A stretch of 54,445 nucleotides of DNA, taken from IMG/VR virus record IMGVR_UViG_3300011116_000620, positions 1-54,445 of that record, one strand, 5' to 3'. Shown piece by piece: positions 8,432 to 17,595 of the stretch; position 1 is the first letter of the stretch; the number at the start of each line of letters is the position of its first letter. Position numbers and translations under genes: made by a program. The notes beneath the pieces are model-generated. The model saw only the letters and a list, made by a program, of their open reading frames with translations, was not told where the DNA came from and ran no database searches. Source of the stretch: a virus (lineage: Duplodnaviria; Caudoviricetes).

Positions 8432-10218
8432 TTTTCGGCATCCTCATCGATCTTTTCAGTTTGCGGGGTTGGCATACACCCAGAAAGCATCGCTCCCACT
8501 AGGTTCATGGCTTCAGCGTCAAACAAGTGATTATCCTTGCGAATCCTTATCCATACCATCTTAGTCCTACCAGAAAGGGGATTAAACTTCGCCCTTTTCA
8601 CTTCTGCGTTCATATGATTGTGCCAGTCTTCGGGGCAATCGTCTGGAATCTCCCATTTGCTCATCTTGCCGTTCTTTAACATTGAAAGCATATCTTTAAC
8701 GGCTGGATTCGACCATCGAATCACTGGACACTTTGTTTTCATCAGACCTTCGCTTTGTGCCGATCTGCCTGTTCCAGAAAGCGGATCACCCCAATTTATT
8801 GGGCTATATGGGCGAATGGTCTTTCCAGATGATGTCATATGCAAGAACTGGGCATTATCCGATCCTAGCAAACAAGTCCACCCCCATCTGCAAGCTTGAT
8901 AATAAACCTCCCTCGTATTGGCTCCGCTATCGCAGAAAACCATTTTGTCATCAACCTTCCAGTCCAACTGAGTTGCTCTTAAGGCATCCCAAGACTCCAG
9001 CCTCCCACACCATTCAAGCTTTGATTCTCCCTTTGCGTTCCACCCTCGAACAACGACCCACATATGGAAGCCCTTGGCTTCTTGAATGTCCGCAGTGATG
9101 ATTCTCTTGGTTGCCTCCTCCCATTTCTGACCCATGCGATATCCAGATCCAGTAACCCTAATTTCCTCTTCTTGTTCATTTTCTACCCAAGGTTGCGCCA
9201 AGACTGAATTGACGAAATTCTGCAATCCCATTACGCTTTTTTTGTCGTTTAGGAATTGAACAGCCAGCTTTCCGAAAGTCTCCCAAGGCGAGTAGATTCC
9301 AGACAAATGATAGGATTTTACCTGTGGCTCTGGATTTAAATTGGTTGGCTTCCACTTTCCCTGTCGAAGCATTTTAGTTTTGTGACCATCCGTGATTTTA
9401 CCCTTGCAAGCAACGCACTCATAGTAGGCACTGACTTTCACCTTTTCATTGTCCCATTCACCGTCTGCTCCCCTAGCGTTCTCATCCCATTTCACATTAG
9501 GCCAGCTAAGAACCTGTTCCTCATTACAAAATGGGCAGGGAACATGATAGTACCTCTGATCTCCTCGCTTGAATGCTTGCCAGATGTGGCCGTGTTCGGT
9601 TGTCGGAGTAGAAGTCTGAACAGTCAAGGAAAGCGGATAGGTCTTGGTTCGCACCTCTGCCAAAGCTAGGGAGTTTGCCTCCTTGGATGTTGCCTCTGCC
9701 ATCTTGTCAGTTTCATCGCAAATTAGTAAGCCTACGCTACGAGATGCAAGATTGGCCGGTGAGTTGCTTCCAAAAAACCAAACCGACATTTTATCAAAGT
9801 GCTGTTCCATCAGTTTGTACTTGTCCAGATTCTTTGGCTTGTGCCTCGCCAGTGCCTCGCAGTCGTCCACCATTGGCAACCAACGATATTCGGAAAATGA
9901 CCTAGCCAAGTTCTCATTAGGCATCACCCACATTGTAGGAATAGGCTTCATATCAAGCCTGTACGCCATGCCAGCCAAGATTGAGGTGGTTTTAGCCGTT
10001 TGTGCCCCCCAACAAAGAATCAACACTCTTGTTTTTTCATCCCGAAAATTCTCCATTGGCTCCCGAACATAAGGGGTAAGAAGGGTGGAATATGGGCCAG
10101 CAGTCGAAGAAACTCGCTCAGAAAGATACAGATTCGATTCTGCCCATTCCGTCACAGAAAGATCACGCCTTGGCAACCAGAATCCATGCGCCAGCACTTC
10201 AAGCTCTTCTGCTGTCAT
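8428..10218 (-). CDS. terL: Terminase large subunit, lambda GpA type
   Basis: WGAQTAKT Walker A variant, LLICDETD Walker B, STPT, GDQRYYHVPCPFC, FCDSG, DNHLFD; ATG at 10218 overlaps the upstream stop. Confidence 0.95.
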   Translation of the reverse strand: MTAEELEVLAHGFWLPRRDLSVTEWAESNLYLSERVSSTAGPYSTLLTPYVREPMENFRDEKTRVLILCWGAQTAKTTSILAGMAYRLDMKPIPTMWVMPNENLARSFSEYRWLPMVDDCEALARHKPKNLDKYKLMEQHFDKMSVWFFGSNSPANLASRSVGLLICDETDKMAEATSKEANSLALAEVRTKTYPLSLTVQTSTPTTEHGHIWQAFKRGDQRYYHVPCPFCNEEQVLSWPNVKWDENARGADGEWDNEKVKVSAYYECVACKGKITDGHKTKMLRQGKWKPTNLNPEPQVKSYHLSGIYSPWETFGKLAVQFLNDKKSVMGLQNFVNSVLAQPWVENEQEEEIRVTGSGYRMGQKWEEATKRIITADIQEAKGFHMWVVVRGWNAKGESKLEWCGRLESWDALRATQLDWKVDDKMVFCDSGANTREVYYQACRWGWTCLLGSDNAQFLHMTSSGKTIRPYSPINWGDPLSGTGRSAQSEGLMKTKCPVIRWSNPAVKDMLSMLKNGKMSKWEIPDDCPEDWHNHMNAEVKRAKFNPLSGRTKMVWIRIRKDNHLFDAEAMNLVGAMLSGCMPTPQTEKIDEDAEK

Positions 10219-10742
10219 TTGAATTGCTCCGAAGCACTCATCACATTTGTTCCTATGGGATACAAAATTTTTTCCGAGTTGGTTTGGCAAATCACCTGCA
10301 TTGTGTGTTTGAGATCGTCAAAAGCCCAATTCATCAGCACATCATCCATCGCCATGTCTGTAAAAATGATGTCTCTTGCTGGACGCATCTTCCACAAGAA
10401 CTGGATTCCTGTGCGTATGACCGAGTACGACTCTGGAACCTGTGGAGCAATCCCGACCCACGACCTTATTCTGAATCTGGAAAGCTTGTAGATGATTTCC
10501 AACCCTGCCTGTTGACTCGATCCGCAGAACCATACTGGATGACCACGCTCGTTTAAAAACTTTTTATTCTGCTTTTCCTTGGCTGTATGGGGAGAGAAGA
10601 AAAACAGATGAGGATAAATCATGTGTTGAAAGCAATCCTCTGCCATAAAAGTTGCCGACCATGCGTGTCGGCTGGTTGGCTCCCCGCAACAGACTATCGC
10701 TACTTCGTCTGTTTTTCTCTTGGTTTTAGCCCAAAGACCCAT
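10215..10742 (-). CDS. Hypothetical protein
   Basis: 175-aa ORF overlapping both neighbours. Confidence 0.6.
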   Translation of the reverse strand: MGLWAKTKRKTDEVAIVCCGEPTSRHAWSATFMAEDCFQHMIYPHLFFFSPHTAKEKQNKKFLNERGHPVWFCGSSQQAGLEIIYKLSRFRIRSWVGIAPQVPESYSVIRTGIQFLWKMRPARDIIFTDMAMDDVLMNWAFDDLKHTMQVICQTNSEKILYPIGTNVMSASEQFK

Positions 10743-11331
10743 AGGTGCGATCCACGCAGTCCTTAATGATCTCGGCTGTTCCCTCCACTTTGTTGTATTC
10801 GCCTATCTTTTTGATTTTTCCGAGAAAGTCCTTTAGATTCTTTTTCTCAATATAAAGAGGGATCATTTCAATATCCACAAGGTCAGATTCCCCCTTTCCT
10901 CCGATTTCCTCTTCTGGCGGGGTTGCCAGCATCATCTTTTCTATCTCCTCATTTGAGAAGCCTGTAAGCTGAAGATCGATGTCTGTTTGATCTATTTCTT
11001 CGAGGAGGTCTTTGAGGGCTTGATTGTCGAATTCACCCGCAAGATTGTTGAGGGCGAGGTTGGCGACCTTCTCCTTTTCCTCTGGGAGATCGACTGCCCA
11101 CACATCGATTTCGTCCCGCCCCATAGCTTGATAAATCTTAAACCTTTGATGACCCCCGATGATCCTGTTTCCAGTCCGAACATTGATCGTGATGGGTTGG
11201 AGATCCCCCAAATCTGCAAGGCTTTTCGTGAGACGACCCATCGCCTCTGAAGTAATTTTTCTAGGATTGTAGCCAGCCCCTTGTATCTCACTTAACTTCA
11301 GCCTCAACAGCTTGGGGTATTGCGTCTTCAT
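10726..11331 (-). CDS. ParB/Srx N-terminal domain protein
   Basis: YNPRKI..LTKSL..G.LQPI..N..IIGGHQR..LALNN. Confidence 0.85.
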   Translation of the reverse strand: MKTQYPKLLRLKLSEIQGAGYNPRKITSEAMGRLTKSLADLGDLQPITINVRTGNRIIGGHQRFKIYQAMGRDEIDVWAVDLPEEKEKVANLALNNLAGEFDNQALKDLLEEIDQTDIDLQLTGFSNEEIEKMMLATPPEEEIGGKGESDLVDIEMIPLYIEKKNLKDFLGKIKKIGEYNKVEGTAEIIKDCVDRTYGSLG

Positions 11332-11992
11332 TTTTGGCTAAAGTGGGTTCATTTGTCTCAGTGTCAATACCTTTTGCATCTTCAGTAAATAACCCGCCTT
11401 TCGTCTTTTCAATTACTGATATGATTTGCCTAACGCCATCTGCGATTGCTTCCTTCGCCAATTCTGGATCTGATGGGTTCGCCCTTCTGCAAACGCTCGC
11501 TCCAAGTCCTTCCATCAAATTTCGAATCGTCATCATGTATCTGGAAAATATCGCCCTAGCCACGTCAGCATCAATCTTTGACCCCATAGCAGTCTGCAAG
11601 GTTTCGACCTTGATCTCTGCCTCCATTCTGCTTTTGACTGCCTCCCGATGTGCCTTAACTAGATTTGGCAATCGACCAGATTCTCTATTCACCTGTGCTT
11701 GGTGAAGGATGGCATATGCGACCTTCTCAGTCTGCCTTGCCCTAGCCAAGCAACCATAGATGTCGTCCCTCATTAAGTCGCTGGGATTGATTGGACTCCC
11801 TGTGTCTGGCGGGATCTCGATTCCCCCAGATATGCTCCCAGTCTTGATAACCCTGCTCGACCTCTCCCTGTTAGCCTCCCTCCAAGCAGTAGCGTTTTCG
11901 ATGGTATCAGTAGGCATTCCCATCTTTTTTAGCTTTGAAATGTAAGGCTGGGAACAGCCCCAAGCATCAGCTATTTCTTGGTGAGTTGCCAT
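11288..11992 (-). CDS. terS: Terminase small subunit (Nu1-like HTH)
   Basis: N-terminal HTH QEIADAWGCSQPYISKLKKMGMP; upstream of terL. Confidence 0.75.
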   Translation of the reverse strand: MATHQEIADAWGCSQPYISKLKKMGMPTDTIENATAWREANRERSSRVIKTGSISGGIEIPPDTGSPINPSDLMRDDIYGCLARARQTEKVAYAILHQAQVNRESGRLPNLVKAHREAVKSRMEAEIKVETLQTAMGSKIDADVARAIFSRYMMTIRNLMEGLGASVCRRANPSDPELAKEAIADGVRQIISVIEKTKGGLFTEDAKGIDTETNEPTLAKNEDAIPQAVEAEVK

Positions 11993-12163
11993 TTGTTTTT
12001 TATAGGCTTACTTTGTTTGAGAACAAGGTTTATTTGTATTAACTTAAACTTCAGTGAGTTATAGATCAGAGAATTTCATCGGGGCTTCGCCAACCTGCAA
12101 ACATTATAAAATCTAAAAGTTATCTACATTTTTGGTTTAATGTGTCTCCTGTTGCCTCGCTCA

Positions 12164-12622
12164 TTAAATGCCCTGTAATCGCTCTCTATTGGCCTTTAAA
12201 CGCATCTTGGCAAGCCTTTGGCCTAGTCTTGTGGCAGTCAGCCTAGAGTTTGGTTTTTTAGCCCCCGCCAGTATCAGGTGATAGTGAATGCTGTTGTGAT
12301 CCTTGTGTAACACTCTGGATATCTGGTTGGGTGTAAGTCCTCGCTTGTATAGCTCCACGACTACCTGCCTTCTCATTTGTGTGAGGTTGTCGTGACGCTT
12401 GCTACTCTTTAGTTGGGCTATCTCTTCTGGGGTGAATGTGGCCTTTAGGTATCCCTCACCCTGTACCTCTCCACTTGCGAACTTATCTCTCTCCCCCCTT
12501 ATCCCTAATGTATCTACTATGTTCTGCATTCTCTCAAGTAGCTTCTTATGTCTGGCTAGTTCTAGCTCCACTATGGCAAGCCTATTGGTCAGGATATTTG
12601 TGGAGTTGGTTATAGTGATCAT
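12164..12622 (-). CDS. HTH DNA-binding protein (resembles DnaA C-terminal HTH)
   Basis: GLTPNQISRVLHKDHNSIHYHL; ATGA overlap with the upstream gene. Confidence 0.55.
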   Translation of the reverse strand: MITITNSTNILTNRLAIVELELARHKKLLERMQNIVDTLGIRGERDKFASGEVQGEGYLKATFTPEEIAQLKSSKRHDNLTQMRRQVVVELYKRGLTPNQISRVLHKDHNSIHYHLILAGAKKPNSRLTATRLGQRLAKMRLKANRERLQGI

Positions 12623-13128
12623 TCTGCCTCCTTCTGGCATAGTTCTTTGAATGCTATTTGTATATCATTTGGTGCTGGTAGCCTTAGAATTGCACTGCCA
12701 TATAGATAAGTTTTCCCCAGAAAATGTGAGGGGAATAATGTCCCCTTGACACTTGCAACATCCACTTCTTTTAGGTCTGCCTTTTCCAATTCCAGTATTT
12801 TGTCATTGAATGAGGCATCCCCAAGTCCCGCATAATATATGCACTGCTCTTGCTCTAGTGTGCCAGCCCTAGTTATGTTTTCATCCCAAAATTCGAATTG
12901 CTTTAGCTGTGGGCAAAGGGCGATGAACTTTTTCCAGTTCTTCCCCTTGTCAGTCATATAGTAGTAATCACCAGATGTTTCATCTGTAAATACTGCACAC
13001 TCACCATCTCTTTTGTTTTTTGTGCGTATGCCCCAGATGCCAGAGAAGGACAGGTATCCACCATCGCTGAGTGTTGCCCCAACCAAAATAAACTCATTCT
13101 CTGAAGCCCTCCAGACTTGGCAGTTCAA
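12619..13128 (-). CDS. Hypothetical protein
   Basis: 169-aa ORF coupled to both neighbours. Confidence 0.6.
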   Translation of the reverse strand: MNCQVWRASENEFILVGATLSDGGYLSFSGIWGIRTKNKRDGECAVFTDETSGDYYYMTDKGKNWKKFIALCPQLKQFEFWDENITRAGTLEQEQCIYYAGLGDASFNDKILELEKADLKEVDVASVKGTLFPSHFLGKTYLYGSAILRLPAPNDIQIAFKELCQKEAE

Positions 13129-13394
13129 GGCATTTCCTCAAGCAGACTGACAAAGCTTTTTTCAAGACTCCTGTTGGTTGCCTTTAGAAAATCATCCAGC
13201 CTCTTGAAACACCCCCTCAGAATTTTCTTTTCGTATCTCCCATAAAAATTATATTTCTGAAGCAGGCCAGACTTGCACAACTGCCTTACGAATTGCATCT
13301 GCTCTGAGGTGGGAAAGATAATGCTCGCCTTCTTTGGCGTGATAATTTTCTTTTTTTTCTGCTGACTATTTAGTGCCATGCCTTTGCATCCCAT
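13125..13394 (-). CDS. Hypothetical protein
   Basis: AGGAGG Shine-Dalgarno before ATG. Confidence 0.55.
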   Translation of the reverse strand: MGCKGMALNSQQKKKKIITPKKASIIFPTSEQMQFVRQLCKSGLLQKYNFYGRYEKKILRGCFKRLDDFLKATNRSLEKSFVSLLEEMP

Positions 13395-13406
13395 GTGTGT
13401 TCCTCC

Positions 13407-13577
13407 TTATTTTCGTTTATGAAAGTGACTATAAACTGATACTTCATAGGTTTGATCCACCAGCAAAACCTCCAAATATTTATTCATATCCATGCCATGA
13501 AGCTCTGCCAACTTCTTCCACATTTCGTAGGCTTCTGGCTTCATGTCGTGGGTGACGATGGCTTTTGTTATTGGCAT
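13407..13577 (-). CDS. Small ribbon-helix-helix-like protein (56 aa, not in ORF track)
   Basis: MPITKAIVTHDMKPEAYEMWKKLAELHGMDMNKYLEVLL: strand-helix-G-helix pattern. Confidence 0.5.
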   Translation of the reverse strand: MPITKAIVTHDMKPEAYEMWKKLAELHGMDMNKYLEVLLVDQTYEVSVYSHFHKRK

Positions 13578-13675
13578 AATTTAGTCCACCAAAGCCAACA
13601 CCAGTGCCAGTGGATACATCCACCAAGGCATATTGAATTCGTGAATCAAGACACATGCGATCATCAATTTCAGCA

Positions 13676-14326
13676 TTATTGTTTCTCCATGATATATCCA
13701 GCAAACTCTCCCATTCTGAAAAACTCCACTGCATTAGGGAATAATTCGCTTTGATCAACTGCCCTCTGCACCCCGCATAGGGATAGTTCTTTGTTGATTA
13801 TTTCTTCTGGGGTTACGCCATTCTCAAGCTTGTTGTTCATTGTCATTTTCCTTATGACTGAGCCAGCGTTTCCTCCTGTTGTCTGAATTTTTTCAAGCAT
13901 CACAATAGCCCCGCCATGCTTGCACTTCGCCATCAATGAGTCAAGAAAATTCACCCTAATTGATCTTTCGATAAACATGAAACTCAAAAAGAAAATCGCC
14001 AAGTCGAATGGTGCATAATCAATTTTTGTTGCGTCATCAATAATTAGCCTTCCAAACCCTCCATAATTTTTTGCAATCTCTTGGCTTTCCTCGATTGCTA
14101 TAAAGTTTATATTTCGTTCTGCGATAAGGCTTGTGATCGACTTTGATATATTTCCTGTGGATGCCCCTATGTCGTAAATGATCCCATTTTTAGGCACATA
14201 ATTTCTGCATATAAAGGCGACTGCCCTAGTTGCCATATCATACCAAGGCAGTTGCTCCCTTACATGAGCATCAAAGTTTTTAGCTATATCCTCGCTCTTA
14301 AATGACCATGACTCAATACCATTCAT
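13676..14326 (-). CDS. cmoA: CmoA-like carboxy-S-adenosylmethionine synthase
   Basis: WSF...IAKNFDAHVREQLPWYD, IYDIGASTG, FMFI..R, EK; SD AAGGAG; overlaps the MTase 3' end. Confidence 0.8.
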   Translation of the reverse strand: MNGIESWSFKSEDIAKNFDAHVREQLPWYDMATRAVAFICRNYVPKNGIIYDIGASTGNISKSITSLIAERNINFIAIEESQEIAKNYGGFGRLIIDDATKIDYAPFDLAIFFLSFMFIERSIRVNFLDSLMAKCKHGGAIVMLEKIQTTGGNAGSVIRKMTMNNKLENGVTPEEIINKELSLCGVQRAVDQSELFPNAVEFFRMGEFAGYIMEKQ

Positions 14327-15389
14327 GCCCAAATCTCCTTCCTATTGCCTCAATCACTGGAATCGTGACAGTTCTGCCACATCGCTCGTATCTTTCCGAA
14401 TCTGGGGCAATCGATCCATCTTCGTAATACTTGGTGAAATTATCTGGCAGTCCTTGAAGCCTTTCGCATTCCAATGGAGTAAGCTTTCTTATTTTGAATC
14501 CATCCAGTGATACTCCCATTTTGTTTTGTGGCGTTGCGTCCAGCCCCCAGATGTAATCTGATTCCCTGTTCCTGTCGATCATGTTGGATTTTGTGTGTGC
14601 CATATAGTGAATAAAAACAGCCCCCCTGCCTTGATTATTTTGAATCCCCTTCCAATAGTGTCCATCAATGGTTGGAAACACATCGACTGCCTTGGGATCT
14701 CTTCCTGTTACGAATGGAACATTGTTCCCACCAGTACCCATATGGGCTAGAAGAGTTGGGGATATTCCGTCTGAGAATGTTCTGAACTCGTTTTCTCGTC
14801 TGATGAACTGCAGGAATTTTCTTCCCTCGGTTTCTTGGACAACATTTTTTTCGCCTGTTTGTCCGATAGGAAATACTTTGGGTCTGGGTTTTCCTCTAAG
14901 ATTTGCGATAAGGAATACCCTTTCCCTGTGTTGCGGGACTCCGAAATTTTGGCTGTCAAGAAGTTCCCATTGAGAGTCATACCCCATCCCATCCAAGACT
15001 TCGAGTATGATTCCGAAGGTTCTTCCATTGTCGTGATTGAGGAGTCCTTTAACATTCTCAAAAAATATGTATGGTATTCCTTTATCCCTAGCCAGTCGAA
15101 ACATTTCAAAAGCGAGTGTGCCTCTGGTGTCTTCCAAAGAGAATCCCGCCCTTTTCCCTGCAATCGAAAAAGTGGCGCAAGGAAATCCTCCGCAAATGAA
15201 ATCTGCTTCTGGTAGGTCTTCGGCTCGAATAGTTCTAATGTCTCTTGAGTCTGGTTGTTCTCCGAAGTTTCTTGCATATATCCTCCTTGGTTTTTCAAGC
15301 CATTCATTAGCCCATACGCACTGATGACCAGTTAGTTCCAGCCCCAGCCGAAATCCTCCAATTCCAGCAAAAAGCTCAATAAACTTCAC
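14313..15389 (-). CDS. dcm: C5 cytosine DNA methyltransferase family, predicted carboxymethyltransferase variant
   Basis: FAGIGG (I), GGFPC (IV), ENV (VI), QHRER (VIII), RKLTPLECERLQG (IX), motif X reads CGRTV. Confidence 0.9.
   Translation of the reverse strand: MKFIELFAGIGGFRLGLELTGHQCVWANEWLEKPRRIYARNFGEQPDSRDIRTIRAEDLPEADFICGGFPCATFSIAGKRAGFSLEDTRGTLAFEMFRLARDKGIPYIFFENVKGLLNHDNGRTFGIILEVLDGMGYDSQWELLDSQNFGVPQHRERVFLIANLRGKPRPKVFPIGQTGEKNVVQETEGRKFLQFIRRENEFRTFSDGISPTLLAHMGTGGNNVPFVTGRDPKAVDVFPTIDGHYWKGIQNNQGRGAVFIHYMAHTKSNMIDRNRESDYIWGLDATPQNKMGVSLDGFKIRKLTPLECERLQGLPDNFTKYYEDGSIAPDSERYERCGRTVTIPVIEAIGRRFGHEWY
14747..15277 (-). CDS. Nested out-of-frame MTase partner polypeptide (beta-subunit-like), 176 aa
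   Basis: Own SD AAGGAGG at 15282-15288; WMGWGMTLNG..YSLSQILEENPDPKYFLS. Confidence 0.65.
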   Translation of the reverse strand: MQETSENNQTQETLELFEPKTYQKQISFAEDFLAPLFRLQGKGRDSLWKTPEAHSLLKCFDWLGIKEYHTYFLRMLKDSSITTMEEPSESYSKSWMGWGMTLNGNFLTAKISESRNTGKGYSLSQILEENPDPKYFLSDKQAKKMLSKKPREENSCSSSDEKTSSEHSQTEYPQLF

Positions 15390-15629
15390 TTATAAAATCT
15401 CTGATTCTTTTTCAATCAATACCGTAAGTTCCACCCTGCCACTGGTTCCCCTAATGTTCATTACGAATGGTAGCATTTCATATAGGAATTTATGGTTCCT
15501 GTTGGCGGTTATTCTTGCCTGTTCAACAACTGCCTTTCGAAGTTCTTCTGGAAGTTCGCCTATGCGTTTGACTGGGTGCTCTGCATTCATGCAGATATCA
15601 ACAAAATCTTTCCTACTGATTTTTTTCAT
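15390..15629 (-). CDS. Hypothetical protein
   Basis: ATGA-coupled ORF. Confidence 0.6.
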   Translation of the reverse strand: MKKISRKDFVDICMNAEHPVKRIGELPEELRKAVVEQARITANRNHKFLYEMLPFVMNIRGTSGRVELTVLIEKESEIL

Positions 15630-15916
15630 ACAGACAATTCCTCCTCGATTTCTTCCTCGACTTCGACTGCTGGCTCTAACTCTCTGAATCGCTCGATCTT
15701 AAATCCTCGCTCACGATGCGGATACTTTTCCGAAACTGGATTGATCAACTCAACCAGCGTGACTGCAATCTCTCCAGCCTGTCCATCAATTCCGACTCCC
15801 ACTTCAACATCTCGAATTGTATAAACTCGATCCTTCAGCGGTAGATTCGTGTAGTAGTTAAGAATAGATGCGGGAAACAGATCGTCCACGCATACCACTT
15901 TAGTCCCGCTGGTCAT
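15626..15916 (-). CDS. Hypothetical protein (G.KVVCVDD, SH3-like small phage protein)
   Basis: 96-aa ORF. Confidence 0.65.
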   Translation of the reverse strand: MTSGTKVVCVDDLFPASILNYYTNLPLKDRVYTIRDVEVGVGIDGQAGEIAVTLVELINPVSEKYPHRERGFKIERFRELEPAVEVEEEIEEELSV

Positions 15917-15944
15917 TGTCTGGTAGGAATCTCAGTGTTGTAAG

Positions 15945-16292
15945 TTATTCTCTACTAAGTGCGTCCAGAGCCATCTGACCCACTTTGGAATCAACTTCCG
16001 CTAGGACTTTAAGCTGTTCTTTCAGCCTTTTGTTGGATGCCTCTAGGTGCATCACTCTGAAATACAACTGCTCATTTTTTTCACGCATCTGCTCCAGCCC
16101 TGTGCGAAGAACCGACACAACTGCTGGCTCGTTTTCTTGGGGATTTTCCAAGACATTGATGACGCTTTGGGTTACGCTCATGCGAAACAAATTAGCATCC
16201 CCATAATAATCTTGGCAAGGCAATTCCTTTGCCTTTTCCGTCCAAACCCTGTCCACGAACTCGATAATTGCTGGTGCGTCCAATATGACCAT
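15945..16292 (-). CDS. Hypothetical coiled-coil protein
   Basis: AGGAGG SD. Confidence 0.65.
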   Translation of the reverse strand: MVILDAPAIIEFVDRVWTEKAKELPCQDYYGDANLFRMSVTQSVINVLENPQENEPAVVSVLRTGLEQMREKNEQLYFRVMHLEASNKRLKEQLKVLAEVDSKVGQMALDALSRE

Positions 16293-16412
16293 GACTGACC
16301 TCCTTTTTGTTTATTTTTGTTTGCGGGTTGGTCATCATGTCAAAGCGATTGCCAGCGTCCATAAAAATCTTTTTTGTTATTCACAAAGGTTGATTTGAAT
16401 AGCAGTCTGTTG

Positions 16413-16760
16413 TTAATAGGTTTTCGTATCTGGCGACTTTGCAAGTTCCTCGACCAAGAAAGAAAGCAGACTCCATTCGCCGTCTGCGAATCCATCCTGA
16501 TATTCTTTGCTGAATGTATTTTCTGGATCGTACTTCTTTTTCTCTGCCTTGTCCCGAAGCTCCACCAAAAGATCAAAAAAGTCTTGCTTCGTATTGCATG
16601 ACTGGCTGAACTTCCGTTTTTTCTTTTCGGGGATAATCGTCACAAGGCTTTGAGGCAGTTTATCCAGTCCAAACTCCTTGGCGATCTCTTCAGTGCAATA
16701 GGCGTGAGGTGATGCTGTGTTCACTTTTTTTCCTCCTTGGTTGATTGTTGCTTCATTCAT
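16413..16760 (-). CDS. Hypothetical early protein
   Basis: Directly behind a repeated promoter. Confidence 0.7.
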   Translation of the reverse strand: MNEATINQGGKKVNTASPHAYCTEEIAKEFGLDKLPQSLVTIIPEKKKRKFSQSCNTKQDFFDLLVELRDKAEKKKYDPENTFSKEYQDGFADGEWSLLSFLVEELAKSPDTKTY

Positions 16761-17064
16761 TACTAGAATACTCTACATTATTCGAAGCGGTTTGGCAAGG
16801 ATTATTTTTGGCTGGAACCCATTCCCCATAAGTCTTGGAAAGCCCAAGTAACTGCTCTTTCTTGATCAAGGATGCTTGAATAATCCTTTTGGTTCCAATC
16901 CACGCTCCATCCCTGTCGGTCTGATGATAAACTTTTACGGGAACACCAAGAAGCGTGGAATTGGTGGGTGGTTTGGAAAAGAATGAAAACTTTCTGCCAT
17001 TGGCATCCTTGGCTGTAACTTTTACCAGCCCTCCTATCTGAATCAGGTCTTTCTGGTCATTCAT
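16753..17064 (-). CDS. Hypothetical early protein
   Basis: Directly behind a repeated promoter. Confidence 0.65.
   Translation of the reverse strand: MNDQKDLIQIGGLVKVTAKDANGRKFSFFSKPPTNSTLLGVPVKVYHQTDRDGAWIGTKRIIQASLIKKEQLLGLSKTYGEWVPAKNNPCQTASNNVEYSSNE
16770..16798 (-). promoter_or_regulatory. Repeated sigma70-type promoter TTGCCA-N17-TAGAGT
   Basis: Exact 17-bp spacer; A-rich UP element. Confidence 0.85.
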
Positions 17065-17074
17065 TACGCTAAGG

Positions 17075-17103
17075 AGTCTATACTATTCGAACCAGCTTGG
17101 CAA
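17075..17103 (-). promoter_or_regulatory. Repeated promoter TTGCCA-N17-TAGACT
   Basis: 17-bp spacer containing TTCGAAT. Confidence 0.85.
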
Positions 17104-17112
17104 GCATTATTT

Positions 17113-17304
17113 TTAACTTTTTTTAACTTTCTTTTTAGGAACTTCTTCGAGCAGTTTTCGGTACTGGTAGGAGTCCAGCCCCTTATAGGCTATCTTGCGG
17201 ATCTCCACCAGAGCTGGGGTTGGATCTTTGGCTTTTAGTGCCTCCTCTGCCTTGGATACGATTAGAAGCAGTGTCTTGAAGTAGCTTTTTTGTGACTTGC
17301 TCAT
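17113..17304 (-). CDS. Hypothetical protein
   Basis: AGGAGG SD. Confidence 0.6.
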   Translation of the reverse strand: MSKSQKSYFKTLLLIVSKAEEALKAKDPTPALVEIRKIAYKGLDSYQYRKLLEEVPKKKVKKS

Positions 17305-17344
17305 TATGTCCTCCTATTTCGCTTTTAAATGCCCCTAGAACGCA

Positions 17345-17584
17345 TCAAGGCAGTACATACCGCCGTCCCAGCGTTCCAGCCTCGGTAGCGATAAGAAAGG
17401 GCAATAAACGCCGAAACGCTGTGAACTTGAACCGCTTGTCCTTCTTGCCGTCCTTGTCGTATAACCGAGTCTTGAACTTCTGGCCTCCATCGGTATAAGT
17501 CTCGATGCAAGACTTGAAGTATCCTCCCGCCGATAGGATTGCCAATGCGTCCTGTAACTTTGATGGTGCGATTGCTGTGTTCAT
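17345..17584 (-). CDS. Hypothetical protein
   Basis: AGGAGG SD. Confidence 0.65.
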   Translation of the reverse strand: MNTAIAPSKLQDALAILSAGGYFKSCIETYTDGGQKFKTRLYDKDGKKDKRFKFTAFRRLLPFLIATEAGTLGRRYVLP

Positions 17585-17595
17585 GTGTCCTCCTT

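Noticed and set aside
13480-13758. 92-aa ORF overlapping the end of the cmoA-like gene
   Set aside because: The region is better explained by short coupled ORFs, including the RHH-like gene at 13407-13577
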